Shown: in pieces, positions 27,914 to 38,932 of the stretch
Layout: the number at the start of each line of letters is the position of its first letter
How positions within the stretch are numbered: position 1 is the stretch's first letter
Source: Cytophagales bacterium
Lineage (GTDB): Bacteria > Bacteroidota > Bacteroidia > Cytophagales > MED-G16
Assembly: GCA_045568775.1 (NCBI GenBank)
Contig: JBJLAJ010000003.1
Coordinates: 129,123 to 193,122 of the forward strand
Direction: 5' to 3'
DNA: 64,000 nucleotides
Program-made: the position numbers and the translations under genes
The notes under the pieces: generated by a model
Told to the model about the DNA's origin: nothing
Database searches by the model: none
What the model saw: only the letters and a program-made list of their open reading frames with translations

Positions 27914-28664
27914 TAATAAAAAGTTGGTGTTTATTACTGGAGCAACTTCTGGGATAGGGGAGGCAACAGCAAAACTTTTGTGTCATAATTATAATTTAAT
28001 TCTTTGTGGGAGGAGAGATGATAGGTTGATGAAGCTTAGTACAGTATTGTCTAGAAAAACAAATGTTAAGACTCTGTCATTTGATGTAAGAAATAAAGAA
28101 GATGTGTCAGAAAAAATTAAAAGTCTTACTGGTGAGTGGAGACATATAGATTTTTTAATAAATAATGCAGGCAATGCTCATGGTATGGACTATATTTTTG
28201 AGGGAGATACCGATGATTGGGATAAGATGATAGATATTAATGTTAAAGGATTGCTCTATGTTTCTAAAGAGATACTAAAAATTATGGTATATAATAAAAG
28301 AGGTCATATTATTAATATTGGTTCAATAGCTGGTAAAGAGATCTATCCTAAGGGAAATATATATTGTGCATCAAAATTTGCAGTTGATGCAATCTCTCAG
28401 GGGATGAGAATAGACCTTAATCATAAAAATATAAAAGTATCTCAAGTAAATCCTGGCCTTGTAAATACCGAATTTTCTAAAGTTAGGTTTAAAAATGATA
28501 AAGAAAAGACAGATAATGTTTATAAGGGAATGGTCCCTCTTATTGCAGATGATATTGCTGAGGTTATAAATTTTATAATTAATAGGTCTGATAATGTCAA
28601 TATTAGTGATATAACTATTTTACCTAAGGCACAGGCGTCATCTACTGTCGTTAAAAGAGATTAA
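27894..28664 (+). CDS. short-chain dehydrogenase/reductase (YdfG-like)
   Basis: ITGATSGIGEATA, NNAG and YCASKFAV (YxxxK) motifs. There is no in-frame ATG near the 5' end; candidate starts are TTG 27894, GTG 27900, TTG 27924 and GTG 27927. Confidence 0.85.
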   Translation: MRVDQNNNKKLVFITGATSGIGEATAKLLCHNYNLILCGRRDDRLMKLSTVLSRKTNVKTLSFDVRNKEDVSEKIKSLTGEWRHIDFLINNAGNAHGMDYIFEGDTDDWDKMIDINVKGLLYVSKEILKIMVYNKRGHIINIGSIAGKEIYPKGNIYCASKFAVDAISQGMRIDLNHKNIKVSQVNPGLVNTEFSKVRFKNDKEKTDNVYKGMVPLIADDIAEVINFIINRSDNVNISDITILPKAQASSTVVKRD

Positions 28665-29653
28665 TATTTAAGAATGCTAAATACCCAATTTATCCCTAAT
28701 TTTTCTAAATTTATCTCTTTTAAAATTTTTGAATAGTTTTTATTGTAACATACCAACCTTGTTGGTTTTTTAAGTTTTACTTCATTCGTAAGCTTATTAC
28801 CTAGCCATTTAACATTTTCAATAAACTTAGTTGGTCTTATTCTGCTAAAACCCACATAGTTTTTATCATCTAATTGCTGAAAGCCTCTGCACCATCCTAA
28901 AGATCTACCTTTTTTCTCAAATTTATTTAGATTAATAATTTCTGTTTCCTTCAAGTTATTTTTATTGATCTCAATAATTTTTCCATTTACCACAGTATAT
29001 ATTAATTTGTTATTAAAAATAGATCCATCATGAGGGATTCCCTCATTTAAAATTATAGTATCAATTATTTTACCTTCAAGAGAATATACTAACACGTCTT
29101 GTTGTTTATATCTTGTTATAAATAATTTATCATCATGAATAGTTACATGGTTAGGATGACATAAATGTGGTTTTGTTGTATTTATTTTTCTGTAATCTTT
29201 TTGTTTATCAAACCTATTCCAAGTATCAATCTCTGGAAAGCAGTTATAAACACATAATATTTTTTTCTTTGATAAAGAATATCTTGCTACTATATCTAAT
29301 CCTGTTATAACTATGAATATATCATTTTTATACCTGATGACATGATGCAAATCATTAAATATTTTGAGTGAAATTCTTTCTTCTAGTTTGTAATTAGGGA
29401 GTGTGTAAACTAAAACTTCAGTTAATGAAGTTATATAAAGCTTATTATTAAAAATAGACCCACTTTTAAATGATATACTAAAGTTTTTTTTTGGACGAAA
29501 CTTTAATGGTGTTTGATAATTTACTTTTTCTACCAAAGTTTTATCTTCTGAATCATATTCATAAATAACTCCACAGATACCATTACTCCATTCTTTATTA
29601 AAATAAGATAAAGATGACTCAGATTGTCTTCCACCAGTTATAATAAGTTTCAT
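28661..29653 (-). CDS. hypothetical protein, beta-propeller-like; resembles the DUF4915/TIGR03032 family from memory
   Basis: 330 aa, repetitive beta-strand blades (NNKLYIT, DDKLFIT, NNKLIYT). CHPNHV, GIPHDG and GWCRGFQQL..YVGFSRIR blocks recall that family's conserved motifs. Not verified. Confidence 0.35.
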   Translation of the reverse strand: MKLIITGGRQSESSLSYFNKEWSNGICGVIYEYDSEDKTLVEKVNYQTPLKFRPKKNFSISFKSGSIFNNKLYITSLTEVLVYTLPNYKLEERISLKIFNDLHHVIRYKNDIFIVITGLDIVARYSLSKKKILCVYNCFPEIDTWNRFDKQKDYRKINTTKPHLCHPNHVTIHDDKLFITRYKQQDVLVYSLEGKIIDTIILNEGIPHDGSIFNNKLIYTVVNGKIIEINKNNLKETEIINLNKFEKKGRSLGWCRGFQQLDDKNYVGFSRIRPTKFIENVKWLGNKLTNEVKLKKPTRLVCYNKNYSKILKEINLEKLGINWVFSILKY

Positions 29654-29708
29654 TAGATATTTTTATTAATTTTAATATACATTACCTGAAAATTCTAAAC
29701 CCAAATTT

Positions 29709-31034
29709 ATGTCAAAAAAAATAGTAATTCTTGGCGCCGGAAAATCTTCATCTTTTTTGATAAAATATTTATACAATAATAGAAATGAATTAGATATTTC
29801 TTTGAATATAGCATCAGATTATAGACCTAAATACATCCATGATTTTGAAGAAATAAGTTTTATAAATTTAGATATAAAGAATAAAGAAAAGCTACTTCAA
29901 GTCATGCAAAACTCCTTCATAGTAGTTAGCCTATTACCTCCATTTTTACACTTTGAAATTGCAGAAATATGCTCATATAATAAAATTAATATGATAACGG
30001 CATCTTACCTTGATGATAAAATAAAAACTTTAGAAAAAACATTTATTGACAATAATTGTTTTCTATTTATGGAAATGGGTCTTGATCCAGGTATTGACCA
30101 CATGTCTGCCATGAAGATGATTGATAAATTAAGTGCATCAAATAAAATTATTGAATTTGAATCATATACTGGTGGTTTAGTAAAGCTAGATAAAGAAAAT
30201 AACCCTTGGGGTTATAAATTTACTTGGAATCCTATGAATGTTATTCTTGCAGGAGCAGACGGAGCAAATTATTTAAAGGATGGCGTCAATAAATCAATTC
30301 CATATAAAAAGATATTTAAAGACTTTACATCTATAGTTATACCTGGAGAAGAAGGTTTTGAAGGTTATCCTAATAGAAATTCATTAATGTATAAAGACTT
30401 ATATAAGTTAAAAGATATTAAAACTCTTAAGAGAGGAACACTGAGACATAAAGGATTTTGTGAAACGTGGTCTTTGCTGATTGAATTAGGATTGACTAGC
30501 AATACTAAAACTCTATATAACAATAAAAAAATGACTTTTTTTGACTTTTTTAATCATAAAATAAAAGCAAAAAGCATTGAAGATTTAATTAAATACCTTG
30601 ATAAAAAACATGGAATAAAAAGAACTTCTTTAGTATATAAAAATCTTGAGTGGTCAGGTTTTTTTTCTAATAAAAAAATACCTATTGTCGAAGGTAAAAT
30701 ATCAGATTTTCTTTTGGCAGTATTGATGGACAAATGGACTCTATCTGATGGAGACATCGACTTAATTGTTATGACCCATTCCATAGTATATGAGTCTGAA
30801 GAAAAACAAAATAAAATTTTATCTTATTTAAAAATTGAAGGTGAAGACAATGTATATACGGCTATGTCAAAAACTGTAGGATTACCAATTGCTGTGCTGA
30901 TAGAACACATAATAAAAAATAAAATTCAAAAAAAAGGCATCCATTTACCATTCAGTAAGGATATTTATGAGCCTATACTTAAAAAACTTAAAAAATTAGG
31001 AATTGAGTTCACTGAGATAGAAACTAATATTTGA
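29709..31034 (+). CDS. saccharopine dehydrogenase family protein
   Basis: 441 aa. [10 protein letters not shown] Rossmann start and [16 protein letters not shown] block. Confidence 0.8.
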   Translation: MSKKIVILGAGKSSSFLIKYLYNNRNELDISLNIASDYRPKYIHDFEEISFINLDIKNKEKLLQVMQNSFIVVSLLPPFLHFEIAEICSYNKINMITASYLDDKIKTLEKTFIDNNCFLFMEMGLDPGIDHMSAMKMIDKLSASNKIIEFESYTGGLVKLDKENNPWGYKFTWNPMNVILAGADGANYLKDGVNKSIPYKKIFKDFTSIVIPGEEGFEGYPNRNSLMYKDLYKLKDIKTLKRGTLRHKGFCETWSLLIELGLTSNTKTLYNNKKMTFFDFFNHKIKAKSIEDLIKYLDKKHGIKRTSLVYKNLEWSGFFSNKKIPIVEGKISDFLLAVLMDKWTLSDGDIDLIVMTHSIVYESEEKQNKILSYLKIEGEDNVYTAMSKTVGLPIAVLIEHIIKNKIQKKGIHLPFSKDIYEPILKKLKKLGIEFTEIETNI

Positions 31035-32358
31035 AAGTATCCATAAAATTAGTTGTGAAATTTCCTTTTTTAAAGTTAGGATCATCCATAATTTTTATAT
31101 GAAATGGTATAGTTGTTTCAATGCCTTCAATAATAAATTCTTTTAGTGCTCTTTTCATTCTTACTATTGCCTCCTCTCTTGATTGATGACTAACAATTAA
31201 TTTAGCAATCATTGAGTCGTAATTAGGAGGAATGATATAACCTGAATAAATATGTGAATCTACTCGCACACCATGCCCTCCTGGTTTATGTAGTGCAGTA
31301 ATTTTTCCAGGACAAGGTCTGAAATTAGCAGAAGGATCTTCAGCATTAATTCTACATTCGATAGAATATAATTTTGGGTAGTAGTGTTTTCCAGAGACCT
31401 TTACACCACTAGCAACTTTTATTTGTTCTTTAATTAAATCATAATCTGTAACTTCTTCTGTAATTCCATGTTCTACCTGAATTCTGGTATTCATCTCCAT
31501 AAAGTAAAATTTTTTGTTTATGTCGACAAGAAATTCTATAGTTCCTGCACCTTCATATTTTATGAATTCGCATGCTTTAACAGCTGCTTCCCCCATCTTC
31601 TCCCTTAACTCTTCATCTACAAAAGGAGAAGGTGTTTCTTCTATTAATTTTTGATGTCTTCTTTGGATTGAGCAATCTCTTTCTGATAAATGACTGACAT
31701 TACCATATTGATCTCCCATAACTTGGATTTCAATATGTCTAGGTTTTACGATAAATTTTTCTAAATATAATCCAGAATTAGAAAATGATGCCTCAGATTC
31801 AGCTTTTGCACTATTCCAACAATCTTCAAATTCTTTTTCACTATTTACTATTCTCATTCCTTTACCCCCTCCACCAGCTGTTGCCTTTAAAATAACAGGG
31901 TATCCAATTGAAGATGCTAATTTTTTTCCTTCTTTTATTGAATTCAACAAACCATCTGAACCTGGTACAGTAGGAATTCCAGCTTCTTTCATAGTTTCTT
32001 TAGCTGTAACTTTATCACCCATCTTTTCAATCATCTTCCAGTCTGGACCAACAAACTTTATCCCGCTTTCATTACAAATTTTTGAGAATTCTGCATTTTC
32101 TGATAAAAAGCCATAACCAGGATGAATAGCATCAGAATTTGTAATTTCAGCTGCAGCCATTATTTTAGGAATACTTAAGTATGATTCTTTTGATATAGGA
32201 GGTCCAATACAGACTGCCTCATCAGCAAAACGTACATGTAAACTTTCTTTATCTGCAGTTGAATATACTGCAACTGTTTTTATTCCCATCTCATTACAGC
32301 TCCTAATTACCCTTAGAGCAATTTCACCTCGATTAGCAATAAGTACTTTTTTAATCAT
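31024..32358 (-). CDS. accC: acetyl-CoA carboxylase, biotin carboxylase subunit
   Basis: 444 aa. [19 protein letters not shown]-grasp [20 protein letters not shown]. Confidence 0.97.
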   Translation of the reverse strand: MIKKVLIANRGEIALRVIRSCNEMGIKTVAVYSTADKESLHVRFADEAVCIGPPISKESYLSIPKIMAAAEITNSDAIHPGYGFLSENAEFSKICNESGIKFVGPDWKMIEKMGDKVTAKETMKEAGIPTVPGSDGLLNSIKEGKKLASSIGYPVILKATAGGGGKGMRIVNSEKEFEDCWNSAKAESEASFSNSGLYLEKFIVKPRHIEIQVMGDQYGNVSHLSERDCSIQRRHQKLIEETPSPFVDEELREKMGEAAVKACEFIKYEGAGTIEFLVDINKKFYFMEMNTRIQVEHGITEEVTDYDLIKEQIKVASGVKVSGKHYYPKLYSIECRINAEDPSANFRPCPGKITALHKPGGHGVRVDSHIYSGYIIPPNYDSMIAKLIVSHQSREEAIVRMKRALKEFIIEGIETTIPFHIKIMDDPNFKKGNFTTNFMDTFKY

Positions 32359-32366
32359 CTTGATTA

Positions 32367-32825
32367 TTAGCTTGGATCAACTTCGAATAAAGGTTGATCA
32401 AATTCAACTGGAGAATTATCGTCAACAAGAATTTTTACAATTTTACCAGATACTTCTGATTCTATATCATTAAATAATTTCATTGCCTCTATTATACATA
32501 TTTTTTGACCTATTTTAATTGTGTCTCCCTCACTTATAAAAGGATCACTTTCAGGATTTGGAGAACGGTAGAAGGTGCCAATCATTGGTGATTTGACTAT
32601 AATGGTATTTGATAATTTCTTCTCTTCATTTTTAACAACTTCCTTTACTTCACTTTCAATTGGTTTTTTAATTTGCTTTGATGTGTTTTTATTAGTTTTT
32701 ATTTCAGAGACAACTGTATTATTTTTTTTGACTCTAATCTTATAATTTTCAGTTTCTATACTCACATCATCAAGGTCAGTTTTTTTAATGAAGTTTATAA
32801 TATCCTGTATTTCTTTTACTTTCAT
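32367..32825 (-). CDS. accB: acetyl-CoA carboxylase, biotin carboxyl carrier protein
   Basis: 152 aa. Biotinyl-lysine motif IEAMKLFN in the C-terminal lipoyl-like domain. Confidence 0.95.
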   Translation of the reverse strand: MKVKEIQDIINFIKKTDLDDVSIETENYKIRVKKNNTVVSEIKTNKNTSKQIKKPIESEVKEVVKNEEKKLSNTIIVKSPMIGTFYRSPNPESDPFISEGDTIKIGQKICIIEAMKLFNDIESEVSGKIVKILVDDNSPVEFDQPLFEVDPS

Positions 32826-32841
32826 TTAACAAATTTAAAAT

Positions 32842-33405
32842 TTATTTTACTCTCTCAACGTATTTACCTTGTCTAATATCAACTTTTATTTTATCATTTT
32901 CATTTATAAAAAGCGGTACTTGGATTTCAGCTCCTGTTTCAATTCTTGCTAATTTTGTTGCATTTGTAGCAGTATCACCTTTTACCCCTGGTTCGGTATA
33001 AGTTATTTTAGTTTCTATATTTTGTGGCAGTTCACATGATAAAATATCTCCAGTCTCTGTATGAATAGAAATTTCAACTTCCATTCCATCCATTAAAAAA
33101 TTAGAGTAATCAATTTGATTTTCTTCAAGAGATATTTGGTCAAATGAAGATGCATCCATAAAATGGTATCCCGAGCTATCCTTATATAAAAATTGATGAG
33201 ATCTTTTTTCAACTCTTGCAGTAGTAATTTTATGTCCAGATGGAAAAGTATTATCGATAACTTTTCCCGTTTTAACATTTTTAAGCTTTGTCCTTACAAA
33301 AGCTGGACCTTTTCCAGGTTTAACATGTTGAAATTCAGTAACAAAGTATAAGTTCCCATTGTACTCAATACAAAGTCCATTTTTAATATCACTAGTAGAA
33401 GCCAT
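32842..33405 (-). CDS. efp: translation elongation factor P
   Basis: 187 aa. The VKPGKGPAFVRTKLKN loop is typical of EF-P. Confidence 0.95.
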   Translation of the reverse strand: MASTSDIKNGLCIEYNGNLYFVTEFQHVKPGKGPAFVRTKLKNVKTGKVIDNTFPSGHKITTARVEKRSHQFLYKDSSGYHFMDASSFDQISLEENQIDYSNFLMDGMEVEISIHTETGDILSCELPQNIETKITYTEPGVKGDTATNATKLARIETGAEIQVPLFINENDKIKVDIRQGKYVERVK

Positions 33406-33410
33406 TTTAT

Positions 33411-34412
33411 TTAATTATTGTAAGACCATTTTAAATAAAGAGAGCCCCAAGTAAAACCACCTCCAAAAGCAGCAAGTATTAAGTTATCTCCCTTTTTGAA
33501 TTTTTTTTCAAAATCCCATAAGCATAATGGGATAGTTCCAGCTGTAGTATTGCCGTATTTTTCAATATTTAACAAAACTTTTTCAGGACCCACACCCATT
33601 CTTTTAGCAGTTGCGTCAATTATTCTTTTATTAGCCTGGTGAGGAACTAGATAAGACACATCATCAGATGAAAGGTTATTTTTTTTCATTATTTCTTCAG
33701 AAATATCTGCCATGTTAGTTACAGCAAATTTAAAAACAGAAGAACCTTCTTGATATATATAGTGATCCTTATTTTTAATTGTTTCTATTGATGCTGGCCT
33801 TAAACTTCCACCCCCTCTAAGACATAACATATCACTTCCAGATCCATCACTCCTTAGTATATAATCTTGTATCCCAGTATCATCATTAGATCTTTCAAGT
33901 AATACTGATCCTCCACCATCTCCAAATAACACACAATTTTTTCTTTCATCATAGTCAATAATAGAAGACATTTTATCTGCTCCAATTACAACAACTTTTT
34001 TATGTGTTCCTGATTCTATAAATTGACACCCAGTCGTAAGAGCAAATAGGAAACCGGAACAAGCAGCTGAAATATCAAAACCATATGCTTTTGATGCGCC
34101 AACTTTATCAGCTATTAAATTTGCTGTTGAAGGAAAAAACATGTCTGGTGTAACAGTAGCAACAATTATTAGATCTATATCTTTAGGATTAGTATTGGTT
34201 TTCTCTAGTAGCCCCTCTAAACATCTTACACCTAGAACAGATGTTCCTTGTAATTCGCCTTTTAAAATTCTTCTTTCTTTAATGCCAGTTCTTGTGACAA
34301 TCCATTCATCTGTGGTATCTACTAATTTTTCAAGCTCAGAATTAGTTAGAACATAATCAGGCACATAACCATGTACCCCAGAAATACAAGCTTTATATTT
34401 TTTTGAGGACAT
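33411..34412 (-). CDS. fabH: 3-oxoacyl-ACP synthase III
   Basis: 333 aa. Active-site DISAACSGF, HQANKRI and GNTTAGTIP blocks. Confidence 0.95.
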   Translation of the reverse strand: MSSKKYKACISGVHGYVPDYVLTNSELEKLVDTTDEWIVTRTGIKERRILKGELQGTSVLGVRCLEGLLEKTNTNPKDIDLIIVATVTPDMFFPSTANLIADKVGASKAYGFDISAACSGFLFALTTGCQFIESGTHKKVVVIGADKMSSIIDYDERKNCVLFGDGGGSVLLERSNDDTGIQDYILRSDGSGSDMLCLRGGGSLRPASIETIKNKDHYIYQEGSSVFKFAVTNMADISEEIMKKNNLSSDDVSYLVPHQANKRIIDATAKRMGVGPEKVLLNIEKYGNTTAGTIPLCLWDFEKKFKKGDNLILAAFGGGFTWGSLYLKWSYNN

Positions 34413-34426
34413 AAATTTGATGAAAA

Positions 34427-34618
34427 TTAAGCTACTGCTTCTTTTTCTAGAACTACTTTACCCTTATAGTATAGTTTGCCTTCATACCAATATGCTCTAT
34501 GTGGAAGGTGAGACTCTCCAGTAGTTGAGCAAACAACAAATTTTTTTGCAGTTGCTTTGTAATGAGTTCTCCTTTTATCTCTTCTGGTTTTTGACGTTTT
34601 ACGTTTTGGATGTGCCAT
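34427..34618 (-). CDS. rpmF: 50S ribosomal protein L32
   Basis: 63 aa, [22 protein letters not shown]-terminus. Confidence 0.95.
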   Translation of the reverse strand: MAHPKRKTSKTRRDKRRTHYKATAKKFVVCSTTGESHLPHRAYWYEGKLYYKGKVVLEKEAVA

Positions 34619-34624
34619 TTTAAT

Positions 34625-35131
34625 TTATTTTAATTTATTTAATGGATCCAATCTTGGATCAGTTTTTTTAATAACATTTGTTCTAAATACAAAATTATCA
34701 ATATTATCTTCATTTTTTAAAGAAGGGTGTAATCTTTTTACTGGAATTTTTAAAATAACAAACTCATAAATATATTTTGCTATGTTAATTATTGATTTAT
34801 TTCTTTCAATAACTATCATTTCTTCAGATATTTCTTCATCAAAATCACCAAATTTGAATAATATTTTGTTTTCTATATTTATTGGATGAATAAAATTTTT
34901 TAATGTTCTGTCACAAATTAATTCAGTAGAACCTTTTATAGAAAAAGTAGCGTTTAACATCATATCTGTCTTAACTATTTCTAAATTACATTCTCCCAAT
35001 GTATTTTTCATTTCAATTTCCTCAGAGAAATGTTCTAAAAGACTATGATTAAATTCAAATAAAAATGAATGTTTATTATTTGATAAACTTTGAATTTTTA
35101 TATCAAATTTTCTAAGAAATTTTTTATCCAT
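34625..35131 (-). CDS. DUF177 (YceD-like) protein
   Basis: 168 aa, conserved position immediately upstream of rpmF. Assignment is mainly from synteny and size. Confidence 0.6.
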   Translation of the reverse strand: MDKKFLRKFDIKIQSLSNNKHSFLFEFNHSLLEHFSEEIEMKNTLGECNLEIVKTDMMLNATFSIKGSTELICDRTLKNFIHPINIENKILFKFGDFDEEISEEMIVIERNKSIINIAKYIYEFVILKIPVKRLHPSLKNEDNIDNFVFRTNVIKKTDPRLDPLNKLK

Positions 35132-35191
35132 AATTATAAATATGTCCGCAAAAATATTACCAAATCTCTTATTTAGAAAACATTCTTTGAT

Positions 35192-36202
35192 TTATAATTC
35201 TCTTTGATTTATAATTCTAATATTTAACTTGATTGATTCTATCAAAGAATTTTCATTGGCAATACCTTTTCCTGAGAGGTTAAATGCAGTCCCATGATCT
35301 GGGGAAGTCCTTACAATAGGGAGGCCTCCTGTATAATTAACACCATCTTCAAAAGAAAATGATTTAAACCCTACTAATCCTTGATCGTGATACCATGAAA
35401 AAACACCATCATAATTTTTAAATTCTTTTGCGCCAAAAAAAGAATCAGCCGAAAAAGGACCTTCAAAATTTTTTCTTTTATTATTTAATTCTTTGATAAT
35501 TGGATCTATTTTTTCTATTTCTTCTGAACCTAACATTCCGCTTTCACCAGCGTGAGGATTTAACCCTAAAATTGCAATTTTAGGGTATTTCTTATTAAAG
35601 TCATTTTTTAAAATGTTTAGAAATAGTTTTAATTTTTTCTTTATTAAAGTTTCTTTAATATATGCTGGGACATCTTTTAACTTAATATGTCCAGTATGAA
35701 ATCCAATAATCATCTTTTTTGAATACATAATCATGATATTATCTTCTACATTATACTTTGACTTTAAAAATTCAGTGTGACCGGGGAATGAAAAAAAATC
35801 TGAGTGAGAATTAATTTTACTTATTGGTAAAGTCACTAGTCCATGGATTTCATTTTTTTCTAAATACTTAATAGAGTTTTTTAGAGATTTTATTGAATAA
35901 TTTCCTGCTTTTTTACTTATATATCCTGGCTTTATAATTATTTGTGACTCTTCATCTGATATTGTATATAAAATATTATCCTTGAATTTTGTTATTGAAC
36001 TATCTTTTTTCTCAATTTTTAACTTGTAATTGAAACGATTATTATAGTATTCTAATATTCTTTTATCACAAAAAATCATTGGGATGCACTTATCGAATAA
36101 TTTAGAATTCATAAATGATTTTAGTAAAATTTCTGGTCCAATTCCATTGTAATCTCCGATGCTAAAGCCTATGATTATTTTTTTGTTAATATCTTTTTTC
36201 AT
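35192..36202 (-). CDS. pdxA: 4-hydroxythreonine-4-phosphate dehydrogenase
   Basis: 336 aa. GLNPHAGESG, FPGHTEF and SPDHGTAF motifs. Confidence 0.9.
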   Translation of the reverse strand: MKKDINKKIIIGFSIGDYNGIGPEILLKSFMNSKLFDKCIPMIFCDKRILEYYNNRFNYKLKIEKKDSSITKFKDNILYTISDEESQIIIKPGYISKKAGNYSIKSLKNSIKYLEKNEIHGLVTLPISKINSHSDFFSFPGHTEFLKSKYNVEDNIMIMYSKKMIIGFHTGHIKLKDVPAYIKETLIKKKLKLFLNILKNDFNKKYPKIAILGLNPHAGESGMLGSEEIEKIDPIIKELNNKRKNFEGPFSADSFFGAKEFKNYDGVFSWYHDQGLVGFKSFSFEDGVNYTGGLPIVRTSPDHGTAFNLSGKGIANENSLIESIKLNIRIINQREL

Positions 36203-36246
36203 TAAATTCTTGATATAATTCCAAATTTACATTCAAATTTATCTTA

Positions 36247-37008
36247 ATGATAAAGATTCAAACTAAAAAAAAATTAGGTCAACACTTTTTAATTAATGAA
36301 ACAACTGCAAAATTGATTTCAAATACTTTTAATGGCAGAAATAATATTCTTGAAATTGGTCCTGGAATGGGTGTTCTGACTAAATATATTCATAAAAATA
36401 GATCTAAAATAATCTTAATAGAAATTGATTTAGAATGTGTGAATTATTTAAATAAGATTTATAAAAATATTAAAATTATTCATGGGGATATCTTAAAAAT
36501 TAAACTCGAAAATTTATTTAAAGAAAATTTCTCAGTAATTAGTAATTTACCATATAACATTTCATCTCAGGTTTTTTTTAAAATTCTTGAATCAAGAGAT
36601 AAAATAGATCACTTTACCTTTATGGTTCAAAAGGAAGTTGGTGAGAGAATATGTTCTAAATCTGGCAAAAAAAGTTATGGAATATTATCTGTCTTGATAC
36701 AAATCTATTTTGATATGGAATATGTCTTTGATGTAAAACCTGAAGATTTCAATCCTCCACCTAGGGTTATTTCTTCAGTAATTAAAGGTGTTAGAAATAA
36801 AAGGTCAGATATTGGTGTCTCATATTCATTTTTAAAAAGTATTGTTAAAAATTCGTTCCAAAATAGAAGAAAAACATTGCGAAATTCTTTAAAAAACCTA
36901 AATTTACCCCAAGACTTTACCTCAAAAAAAATATTTTCAAAGAGAGCTGAACAATTAGTCTTGAATGATTTTATATGGCTTTCAAATGAAATTAAACTTT
37001 TACAATGA
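36247..37008 (+). CDS. rsmA: 16S rRNA (adenine1518/1519-N6)-dimethyltransferase
   Basis: 253 aa. KKLGQHFL, EIGPGMGVLT and SNLPYNISS motifs. Confidence 0.93.
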   Translation: MIKIQTKKKLGQHFLINETTAKLISNTFNGRNNILEIGPGMGVLTKYIHKNRSKIILIEIDLECVNYLNKIYKNIKIIHGDILKIKLENLFKENFSVISNLPYNISSQVFFKILESRDKIDHFTFMVQKEVGERICSKSGKKSYGILSVLIQIYFDMEYVFDVKPEDFNPPPRVISSVIKGVRNKRSDIGVSYSFLKSIVKNSFQNRRKTLRNSLKNLNLPQDFTSKKIFSKRAEQLVLNDFIWLSNEIKLLQ

Positions 37009-38396
37009 TGAAGTTTTCACTAACAAATGAATTTAAAGAAAAACTTAGATTAGAGATAAAAAATCAAAACATTGATTTTATCCAAAAATCATTTGAAAAT
37101 ACTAGTTATGTAGATATTACAGAACTCTTGTATGAGTTTGATTCTGTTGATTCAAAGTATGTTTTAGATAATATTAAAATCGATATTTCTGCAAAAATTA
37201 TTTCTGAATTAGATGAAGACAATAGACAAAATTTTCTGAAAATATATTCAGCTAATGAAATAGCTCGATATTTGGATATTATTGATTCTGATGATGGTGC
37301 AGATATATTATCTGAACTTAATTTTGAAAAAAGAAATGATGTAATAACATCTATAAAAGATTCAGAAAAATCAAAAAACTTAAAGGAGTTACTGCAATAT
37401 GATGAGGATGTTGCTGGAGGATTAATGGCTATTGAGCTTGTTAAATGCAATATAAATTGGAAAATAAATCAATGTATAGAATTAATTAAAAAACAAGCTA
37501 AAAATGTAGAAAACATTTATAGTGTATATGTAACAGATGATAAAGGAAAATTATTAGGTACTGTATCTCTTAAAGACATTATTTTAGCTAAAGACAATTC
37601 GAGTATTAAGGATGTATATGATGACTATATAATATCAGTTGATACTCATATGAATCAAGAAGAGGTAGCACAAATTATGCAGAAATATGATCTGACTGTT
37701 CTACCTGTAATTAATAAAAGAGGTAAATTATTAGGTAGGATAACAATAGATGACGTTGTGGATGTAATTACTGAGACAGCTGAAGAAGAGAGACAGATTA
37801 TGTCTGGTATAACTTCAGATGTAGAAGAAGATGATTCAATATGGAAGTTATCTAATGCTCGTTTGCCATGGCTTGTTATTGGAATAGTTGGAGGTCTTTT
37901 TGGGGCATTTTTTTTAGGCTCTTTTGAAAACAATTACTTTAAAAATAACCAAATGTTCTTGTCATTATCTTTATTTATACCATTAATCATGGCGACTGCT
38001 GGAAATGTTGGTATTCAGTCATCATCAATTGTAATTCAAAGTTTATCTAACCCAAGTGCTTTTGAAAGTTCTGTTACAAATAGATTATTTAAGGTTTTAC
38101 TTGTTTCAATAATTAATGGTGTTGTTTTATCCCTATTAGTTTACTTAGGATTAATTGCTTTTGATTATTTTGGTTATTTAGATTTTGGGATTTATTCAAA
38201 AACTGCTCTTATTGTATCAGTTTCTTTATTTTCTATAGTTATGTTATCTTCTTTACTAGGGACAATTACACCCATTATTTTAGATAAACTTAATTTTAAT
38301 CCTGCTTTGGCATCTGGCCCATTTATAACAACAACTAATGATTTGATTGCCTTAGCAATATACTTCATAGTTGCTCTTCTATTGGGAGGAATTTAA
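37005..38396 (+). CDS. mgtE: magnesium transporter MgtE
   Basis: 463 aa. N-domain, CBS pair (LPVINKRGKLLGRITIDDVVDVI), five C-terminal TM helices with the GNVGIQSSS motif. ATGA overlap with rsmA. Confidence 0.92.
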   Translation: MMKFSLTNEFKEKLRLEIKNQNIDFIQKSFENTSYVDITELLYEFDSVDSKYVLDNIKIDISAKIISELDEDNRQNFLKIYSANEIARYLDIIDSDDGADILSELNFEKRNDVITSIKDSEKSKNLKELLQYDEDVAGGLMAIELVKCNINWKINQCIELIKKQAKNVENIYSVYVTDDKGKLLGTVSLKDIILAKDNSSIKDVYDDYIISVDTHMNQEEVAQIMQKYDLTVLPVINKRGKLLGRITIDDVVDVITETAEEERQIMSGITSDVEEDDSIWKLSNARLPWLVIGIVGGLFGAFFLGSFENNYFKNNQMFLSLSLFIPLIMATAGNVGIQSSSIVIQSLSNPSAFESSVTNRLFKVLLVSIINGVVLSLLVYLGLIAFDYFGYLDFGIYSKTALIVSVSLFSIVMLSSLLGTITPIILDKLNFNPALASGPFITTTNDLIALAIYFIVALLLGGI

Positions 38397-38422
38397 TTCA
38401 TATTAACTATATTTGCTTACAT

Positions 38423-38445
38423 AACGGATATAGTCCGTTTTTTTT
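38423..38445 (+). terminator. intrinsic terminator-like hairpin + T8 (after mgtE, inside the greA leader)
   Basis: AACGGA-TATAG-TCCGTT followed by TTTTTT (38440-38445); 6-bp stem. Confidence 0.55.
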
Positions 38446-38456
38446 ATCTATATCAT

Positions 38457-38930
38457 ATGAGTAAAGTAAAATATTTTACAGAGTCAGGTCTTAAAAAATT
38501 AAATGATGAATTACATTATTTAAAAACAAAAGGACGAACTGAGATAGCAAATCAAATAGCTGAAGCAAGAGATAAAGGTGATCTCTCTGAAAATGCCGAG
38601 TATGATGCAGCAAAAGATGCTCAGGGTCTACATGAATTGAAGATATCTAAATTAGAGGAATCTATTAGTAATGCAAGGGTAATTGATGAATCTGAAATAA
38701 ATACTGATAAAGTATCTATATTATCTAAAGTTAAAATTCTTAATCTATCTTTTAATAAAGAATTCCAATATACTATCGTATCAGAGGAAGAATCTGATCT
38801 TCAATCAGGAAAAATTTCTGTTCAATCACCTATCGGCAAAGGTTTATTAGGCAAGGAAAAAGGTCAGACAGTTAGTATTGATGTGCCTTCTGGAGAGTTA
38901 AAATTAAAAATAATTGATATCTCTATATAA
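38457..38930 (+). CDS. greA: transcription elongation factor GreA
   Basis: 157 aa. EARDKGDLSENAEYDAAK coiled-coil tip and C-terminal ISVQSPIGKGLLGK. Confidence 0.95.
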   Translation: MSKVKYFTESGLKKLNDELHYLKTKGRTEIANQIAEARDKGDLSENAEYDAAKDAQGLHELKISKLEESISNARVIDESEINTDKVSILSKVKILNLSFNKEFQYTIVSEEESDLQSGKISVQSPIGKGLLGKEKGQTVSIDVPSGELKLKIIDISI

Positions 38931-38932
38931 TA

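Noticed and set aside
27894-27927. Possible frameshift or pseudogene at the OMP/SDR junction, because the SDR has no ATG start
   Set aside because: The SDR frame is intact with all motifs. Several in-frame TTG and GTG codons precede the Rossmann motif, so a non-ATG start is the simpler explanation.
36203-37008. M-box (Mg2+) riboswitch upstream of mgtE
   Set aside because: The mgtE start overlaps the rsmA stop (ATGA), and the 44-nt gap before rsmA is too short and unstructured.
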